Positions 37,728-42,198 of a DNA stretch of 42,198 nt are shown in pieces. Source of the DNA: Tissierellia bacterium (GTDB taxonomy: Bacteria; Bacillota; Clostridia; Peptostreptococcales; Acidaminobacteraceae). The first letter of the stretch is position 1. Every line of letters begins with the position of its first letter. The position numbers and the translations under genes are program-made. The notes under the pieces were generated by a model. The model was not told where the DNA came from. It worked only from the letters and a program-made list of their open reading frames with translations, and did no database searches. The stretch is taken from assembly GCA_012841045.1 (NCBI GenBank), contig DUVM01000038.1:1-42198 (forward strand). Reading direction: 5' to 3'.

Positions 37728-37740
37728 TTTGGAGGAAGGT

Positions 37741-39072
37741 ATGCCTGACACACTGAGAGAACGGTGGAGAAAAAGCCCGCCGGAAGGTGAGATTCCCAAC
37801 AGCAAACGCTTGAAATTCCTGACGATTGTCTGCATTGGCTTGATTTTGACGGGGCTCCTTGTTGATTCGCCCATGACAATTCTAAGGGGATTGTGGAAGA
37901 TCCAGACAAGTAGAGCGAATCTCCTGACGGACTACGTGGCATTAGGAAGTCCAGGAGCTGCCTTTGCTAACAGCGGTCTGACCACGCTTCTAAGCCTCTT
38001 TGTCATTTGGAGAAGCAAAGTGAAGATATCAGGACCGGTGATGGCATCGGTTTTTGCCGTGGCAGGCTTCGCTTTCTTTGGCAAGAATATATACAATTCT
38101 ATTCCGATTATCCTAGGTGTCTTCTTATATAGTCAATTGGCGGGAATTCCTTTCCGAAATGTTGTTCTCTCCGCCACCTTTGGGACGTGCCTCGGACCGG
38201 CTGTCAGTCAGATCACGTTTGCTTACGGGTTTCCCCTCTATATAAGTATCCCTGCAGGATACCTATTAGGTATTTTCATCGGCGTGATCATGCAGCCGCT
38301 TGCGTCTCGATTTGTCAGCTTTCATAACGGCTTTTGTCTCTACAATATCGGCTTTACCTCCGGCATCATCGGCATGTTTGTCGCTTCCTTTATGCGTATG
38401 TTTGGCTTACAGGTAGAAACGGTCAGGATATTATCGTATGGAAACAACACGTTTATGGGCTTAACACTTCTTGTGTTTTTCTCCTATCTGTTTCTGTTTG
38501 GATATTGGTTTAATGACAAGAGCATGAAAAACTATAGTGAACTGCTCCGCAACTCGGGGCAATCAGTGACCGATTTTATCAGTTTGTATGGATACGGTAT
38601 TTCCCTTGTCAACATGGCATTTGTGGGGATGATCTCCACCGTTTTCGTCCTGCTTTTGGGCGCTCATATTAATGGACCGATTATCGGCGCCATTATGATG
38701 GTTACGGGATTTGGGGCGTTTGGAAAGCACCCGAAGAACATTCTGCCTATTATTTTTGGCATCTATCTGGCATCTCTACTAAATATATATGATCCTTTGG
38801 CGACGGGCTCTGTTATCAGTGCGATTTTTGGAACAGCTCTTGCTCCTGTTGCCGGCCAATATGGTATGTTCGCCGGCGTGCTGGCAGGCTTTGCACATAT
38901 GTCGATCGTGATGAATATAGGGTACTTGCACGGAGGAATGAATCTATACAATAATGGCTTCTCAGCCGGGTTCGTTGCCGGGGCATTTGTTCCCGTGATC
39001 GATGTCTGGACAAATGAAATACGAGGTAAGATACGTGAGAGAATTATTAAAAGCGAGACACATCGCGGATGA
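37741..39072 (+). CDS. Multi-pass membrane protein with internal two-fold repeat (possibly DUF1576 family)
   Basis: The ATG at 37741 follows GGAGGAAGG. The track start at 37711 lies inside parS. Repeat halves match: ISGPVMASVFAVAGFAFFGKNIYNSIPIILGVFLYSQL vs INGPIIGAIMMVTGFGAFGKHPKNILPIIFGIYLASLL, and SATFGTCLGPAVSQ vs SAIFGTALAPVAGQ. Confidence 0.7.
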   Translation: MPDTLRERWRKSPPEGEIPNSKRLKFLTIVCIGLILTGLLVDSPMTILRGLWKIQTSRANLLTDYVALGSPGAAFANSGLTTLLSLFVIWRSKVKISGPVMASVFAVAGFAFFGKNIYNSIPIILGVFLYSQLAGIPFRNVVLSATFGTCLGPAVSQITFAYGFPLYISIPAGYLLGIFIGVIMQPLASRFVSFHNGFCLYNIGFTSGIIGMFVASFMRMFGLQVETVRILSYGNNTFMGLTLLVFFSYLFLFGYWFNDKSMKNYSELLRNSGQSVTDFISLYGYGISLVNMAFVGMISTVFVLLLGAHINGPIIGAIMMVTGFGAFGKHPKNILPIIFGIYLASLLNIYDPLATGSVISAIFGTALAPVAGQYGMFAGVLAGFAHMSIVMNIGYLHGGMNLYNNGFSAGFVAGAFVPVIDVWTNEIRGKIRERIIKSETHRG

Positions 39073-39370
39073 ATTGATCGGCTATTTTCTGCGACATGGA
39101 ATTTGCGACATCAAACTTCAACTCAAACTCTGTGAAATCGATACACGAGTGATTGTTGAAGGAGTATGTCTGGAAAAAGTGAAAGACTTAGATAAAGCAG
39201 TGCGCTTGATGAATTTAGAGAGACGACCTGAGATTGAAGAAGAATATGAGAATCTCCTAGGATCTTCGATAGGTGATAACGCCCTAGGCTTATTGGGGTC
39301 CATGGTCGACAAAGCAACGTACAGATACGAAGGCAACAAGTTGATTCTTGAGGTGGTGCGATATAATTGA
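39002..39370 (+). CDS. Hypothetical cytoplasmic protein (about 100-122 aa), start uncertain
   Basis: The ORF overlaps the end of the membrane-protein gene. Candidate starts are ATG 39002, ATG 39014, GTG 39035 (GAGGT 7 nt upstream) and TTG 39074. I recognise no motif. Confidence 0.45.
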   Translation: MSGQMKYEVRYVRELLKARHIADELIGYFLRHGICDIKLQLKLCEIDTRVIVEGVCLEKVKDLDKAVRLMNLERRPEIEEEYENLLGSSIGDNALGLLGSMVDKATYRYEGNKLILEVVRYN

Positions 39371-39371
39371 T

Positions 39372-39824
39372 ATGACGATGCAGGATGAGTACTTTATGAG
39401 AGCCGCGCTGGAAGAAGCCAAAAAAGCTTTTGCAGAGGATGAAGTGCCGATCGGCGCTGTTGCAGTGTTGGACGGAAGCATCATCGCAGCGGAACATAAT
39501 CGCAAGGAACAGTGGAAAGATCCCCTTGCCCATGCAGAGATGCTGGTTCTTTCTCAAACCGCTGAAAGGCTTGAAAGATGGCGTTTGACAGGGGTTACCC
39601 TCTATGTTACAATTGAGCCCTGTTTGATGTGCATGGGGGCTGCGATCCATTCCAGGATCGACAAAATCGTTTTTGGCGCAAGAGATCCCAAGTTTGGTGG
39701 AGCCAGAAGTTTGTATCAACTGGGAGAAGACCCGAGGATGAACCATCGACTTGAGATAGTCGAAGGTATCATGGCGGAAGAAGCCGCTGCCCTCATGAAA
39801 GAGTTTTTTGCAAACAAAAGATAA
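39372..39824 (+). CDS. tadA: tRNA adenosine(34) deaminase TadA
   Basis: The zinc motifs are HAEM and PCLMCMGA. The ATG is at 39372. The track start at 39348 overlaps the upstream ORF. Confidence 0.9.
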   Translation: MTMQDEYFMRAALEEAKKAFAEDEVPIGAVAVLDGSIIAAEHNRKEQWKDPLAHAEMLVLSQTAERLERWRLTGVTLYVTIEPCLMCMGAAIHSRIDKIVFGARDPKFGGARSLYQLGEDPRMNHRLEIVEGIMAEEAAALMKEFFANKR

Positions 39825-39912
39825 GGAGAGGTGTCCGAGTGGCTAAGGGGCGCGCCTGGAAAGCGCGTAGGGCTTTACGGCCTCGCGGGTTCAAGTCCCG
39901 TCCTCTCCTCCA
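39825..39912 (+). tRNA. tRNA-Ser (anticodon GGA), CCA encoded
   Basis: The acceptor stem pairs ggagagg with cctctcc. The anticodon stem-loop is cgcgc-CTGGAAA-gcgcg. It has a long variable arm and a T-loop in gcggg-ttcaagt-cccgt. It starts 1 nt after the tadA stop. Confidence 0.9.
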
Positions 39913-39920
39913 TTGATAAA

Positions 39921-39971
39921 ACAAGAGTCTTTAAACGTTGGAAAATACGTATTTTTGACTCTTGTTTTTTT
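39921..39971 (+). terminator. Terminator after tRNA-Ser
   Basis: acaagagtc (39921-39929) pairs with gactcttgt (39957-39965), followed by T7. The loop is long (27 nt). Confidence 0.6.
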
Positions 39972-40206
39972 CTGCAGATATGATTTTCATTTTATGTCTT
40001 TGAGCGAGTTATTCGATAAGGACTTATTACATGGATTACTCGGGATGATAATGAGGAGAAAGCTCTTTAATCTGATATCGTGACCAGTTAAGCATTGGCA
40101 AGCCATCAAAACCCTACGGGGTGACTGAGAATAATTCGTAGGGTATATTGAAAGTGAATAATGAAGAGGAAAATATACCATTTCTCTTGAATAACGGAGA
40201 TAGAAA

Positions 40207-40410
40207 ATGTTAACAGAGAAAAAGCGCGCAAAGATGTACAAAGCATATTTTAATGGGCAACCAAAGAAATGCTTTCAGATGTGCAAAAATAAAGCTGAAT
40301 GGGATGATTTTCGTAGTCATTTCAGCACAAAAGAAGATGAAAAGGCCTATGTAATCATGCAAAGTATGGACGAAGATGCGCAAGATGCTTTTGACGCTAT
40401 ACCATGGTAA
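40207..40410 (+). CDS. Hypothetical small protein (67 aa) in the low-GC islet
   Basis: GGAGA lies 6 nt upstream of the ATG. The product is charged and has no recognised motif. Confidence 0.45.
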   Translation: MLTEKKRAKMYKAYFNGQPKKCFQMCKNKAEWDDFRSHFSTKEDEKAYVIMQSMDEDAQDAFDAIPW

Positions 40411-40452
40411 CTTTTACAATATCACTCTAACGAGGCGATTTTTGTATATAAA

Positions 40453-40569
40453 ATGAAGGAAAGCATCATAATAGATGCTATTGGACGCAGCAATCCTGTG
40501 AAGTCTTATGAAGAGGATATCGAAAACATAAAAATCATGAAGCAAGTTGAGAAATTATATTCTGATTGA
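40453..40569 (+). CDS. Possible 38-aa ORF (MKESIIIDAIGRSNPVKSYEEDIENIKIMKQVEKLYSD)
   Basis: An open frame was read by eye and is not in the track. It has no convincing RBS. Confidence 0.2.
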   Translation: MKESIIIDAIGRSNPVKSYEEDIENIKIMKQVEKLYSD

Positions 40570-40595
40570 ATGACCGTAATAGTCTATATCTATAA

Positions 40596-40625
40596 GGATT
40601 AGAGTATTGTCTAATCCATATTTTG
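40596..40625 (+). terminator. Hairpin plus T-rich tail closing the small plus-strand unit
   Basis: The hairpin ggattaga-gtattg-tctaatcc is followed by atattttg. Confidence 0.45.
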
Positions 40626-40693
40626 TCTCGTATCTCATTTGCATGAGATCATGCTTTATACAAGATTTCAGAATATTATGCACTGCTTAATGA

Positions 40694-41641
40694 TCATCGC
40701 CACAAAGAAATGGCTTCATCCTCTCTTGCCTGTTCCACTGCATCAAGGAATTCAGACAGATCACGATGCATCACCTTTAAGTGATGCTGACTCTTAAAGA
40801 GCTCTCCCATGTAGCAGCACTGATCCGACAAAAACTCCTTTAGCTCTTTTGTGCGCCAATAGAATAACGGATGTTTTGGCATAATCGCAAGTAGCAGTAC
40901 AGAGGCGACGATATCATGCGTAATAGGAATCTCTACCAGTCGCTGAGCGGTTTTTGTCTTCACCAGAACCCTGTCGGTTAGAAAGGCGTGGAGATCTTGT
41001 CTTGGTGTGAACATGTAGTGATTGATTTCCTTGTTAAGGTTGTGAAGAAGGGCACTATTGTGTGCGCAGGCATTACGCAGAATATTGGCGGAAGACAGAA
41101 GAGAGGTGGTGAATGTCAGCTCTCGTAAGTTTTTCATGTTGGAATAGAATGCAAAAAGTGATCTAAAGTCACTGAAGCTCATCAATTCCACCAAATTCCA
41201 AATATTCTGTTGTTTTTCAAATCGCATCGCGATATGCGCTGAATAATCTGTTTCCTTGATTCGACTTTGGATTCGCTCAAGATGAATGTATCCAGCACAT
41301 TTTTCGACGATGTCGTACCCGTCGACTTGCTCGTCGTGCGTCAGAAGTTTGATAAAAAGAGTTTTATATAGATGCTCAATGTCTAGAAGGAGCGAAAGAA
41401 GAGTTTTTCTCAGATACATATCCAAAGTTGCCAGTCGTACCAAAGCTTGGAAATCTACTTTCACATACTTTTCCTGCTCTTCGCTCCAGAGAAAACTGTT
41501 CAGATATGAACGGATTTTGGCATAATAACTATTGTTTTCAAGATAGTCGATGGCTTCCCCCTCGCTCATCCCTGAAAACGATACACCGTAGAAATCACGG
41601 AGTCTATGCACTTGCTCTTCAATCGTTAGCTTCTTCTCCAT
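40694..41641 (-). CDS. Abi_2 (AbiD/AbiF-like) abortive-infection protein with HEPN Rx4H motif
   Basis: The N-terminus (TIEEQVHRLRDFYGVSF...AIDYLENNSYYAKIRSY) and RNACAH (codons 189-194, nt 41060-41077) fit the Abi_2/HEPN pattern. Local GC is visibly lower than the flanks. Confidence 0.75.
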   Translation of the reverse strand: MEKKLTIEEQVHRLRDFYGVSFSGMSEGEAIDYLENNSYYAKIRSYLNSFLWSEEQEKYVKVDFQALVRLATLDMYLRKTLLSLLLDIEHLYKTLFIKLLTHDEQVDGYDIVEKCAGYIHLERIQSRIKETDYSAHIAMRFEKQQNIWNLVELMSFSDFRSLFAFYSNMKNLRELTFTTSLLSSANILRNACAHNSALLHNLNKEINHYMFTPRQDLHAFLTDRVLVKTKTAQRLVEIPITHDIVASVLLLAIMPKHPLFYWRTKELKEFLSDQCCYMGELFKSQHHLKVMHRDLSEFLDAVEQAREDEAISLWR

Positions 41642-41949
41642 ATTACAAGGATAGCATATTTAACGTCTCGATAAATCTTAAAAGAGGAGTTCAGAGAAAG
41701 ATAAATATAACATATAATCGACGATGTTGCTGATATATTATATTCGTTATCTTTTATCCATCAGATCTGGCAGTAACAGATGAGTATACACGCTTACCGT
41801 AATCAAGGGTCACTTGTCTCAGCTGCCTGCTGTGTAAAGTCACCCAAGATGGAACGTAGCCGGTTAGATATCGGTGTGGGAGCTTGCTAGATAAAAGAGC
41901 ATTTTGTCGATGAAACTCTGAGAATTTTCTGTTTCTATCTCAGAGCGTA

Positions 41950-42189
41950 TTAGGAGAATATCTCATCAACGACGTTGTATTTTTCGGGCATTCTGAAGTA
42001 AGCGATCAGGCATAGAACGAGTTCGGGCAGAAGGTATAAAGCGGTACGAGGAAGAAGGAATATGGCAGCTGCATAGAAAAGAGCGCCGGCAAGTAGCAAT
42101 CGATTTTTGTTTTCAATAAATCCAGCGGCATTGATGCATACAGCCAGAAGAGCAAACAACAGATGAGGAAGAAGTAACGTTCTTGCCAC
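41950..42189 (-). CDS. Small hydrophobic membrane protein (79 aa from GTG, or a longer gene truncated by the window edge)
   Basis: The ORF has two to three hydrophobic segments. It reaches to within 9 nt of the window end, so the start is unresolved. Confidence 0.35.
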   Translation of the reverse strand: MARTLLLPHLLFALLAVCINAAGFIENKNRLLLAGALFYAAAIFLLPRTALYLLPELVLCLIAYFRMPEKYNVVDEIFS

Positions 42190-42198
42190 CTGTGCGCC

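Noticed and set aside
39987-40241. An 84-aa minus-strand ORF just downstream of tRNA-Ser.
   Set aside because: Its composition (FFSVNIFYLRYS..., SNPCNKSLSNNS) looks like translated AT-rich non-coding DNA. It has no RBS and overlaps the better-supported 67-aa plus-strand ORF start.
39913-42198. A direct repeat of the tRNA-Ser 3' end (att-type duplication) or an integrase defining a mobile element.
   Set aside because: I found no copy of the tRNA 3' segment (ttcaagtcccgtcctctcc) and no recombinase ORF in the remaining 2.3 kb. The only resemblance is gataaaa..gag near 41890, which is too short to mean anything. I therefore describe the region as a low-GC islet and not as a mobile element.
1-42198. 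CRISPR arrays, IS elements, rRNA genes or long dispersed repeats.
   Set aside because: Reading through the window, I found only three repeated sequences. They are the 38-nt kinase 3' duplication, the 19-nt parS repeat and the 11-bp promoter repeats. Nothing shows repeat-spacer periodicity or transposase-like ORFs.

Overview
The window is the chromosomal replication-origin region of a mid-GC Bacillota (Clostridia-like) genome. I cannot name the species. The core is dnaA-dnaN-yaaA on the minus strand (26.7-29.5 kb). It diverges from rpmH-rnpA-yidD-yidC-jag-mnmE-mnmG-rsmG-parA-parB on the plus strand (30.0-37.7 kb). Two DnaA-box clusters flank dnaA. The dnaA-dnaN spacer carries a clear DnaA-trio / GC-cluster / DnaA-box unwinding module. 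Two perfect parS sites sit at the parB 3' end. To the right lie a two-repeat membrane protein, tadA and tRNA-Ser(GGA), then a low-GC islet with an Abi_2/HEPN abortive-infection gene. To the left lie mostly plus-strand housekeeping and accessory genes: ppdK, an Eis-like GNAT, two-domain PPK2, aldehyde dehydrogenase, formamidase, orphan rpoZ and an MFS transporter. A tightly coupled five-gene ABC / HExxH-peptidase / two-component operon sits at 0.7-5.2 kb. Its response regulator is broken by an in-frame TAG, and the 3' end of its kinase gene is tandemly duplicated. No CRISPR array, transposase, integrase or rRNA is visible. I see no convincing multi-gene novel defence system. Four candidates for undescribed biology stand out. 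(1) A tandem pair of diverged lipoprotein paralogs keeps a conserved 19-nt upstream motif (21.4-23.8 kb). (2) A zinc-ribbon membrane protein is translationally coupled to an 844-aa secreted protein (12.9-16.0 kb). (3) The membrane protein next to parS is coupled to an overlapping small ORF (37.7-39.4 kb). (4) The tRNA-Ser-adjacent Abi islet carries small convergent ORFs (40.0-41.7 kb). All domain calls rest on motifs read by eye and on recall of family signatures. No searches were run.
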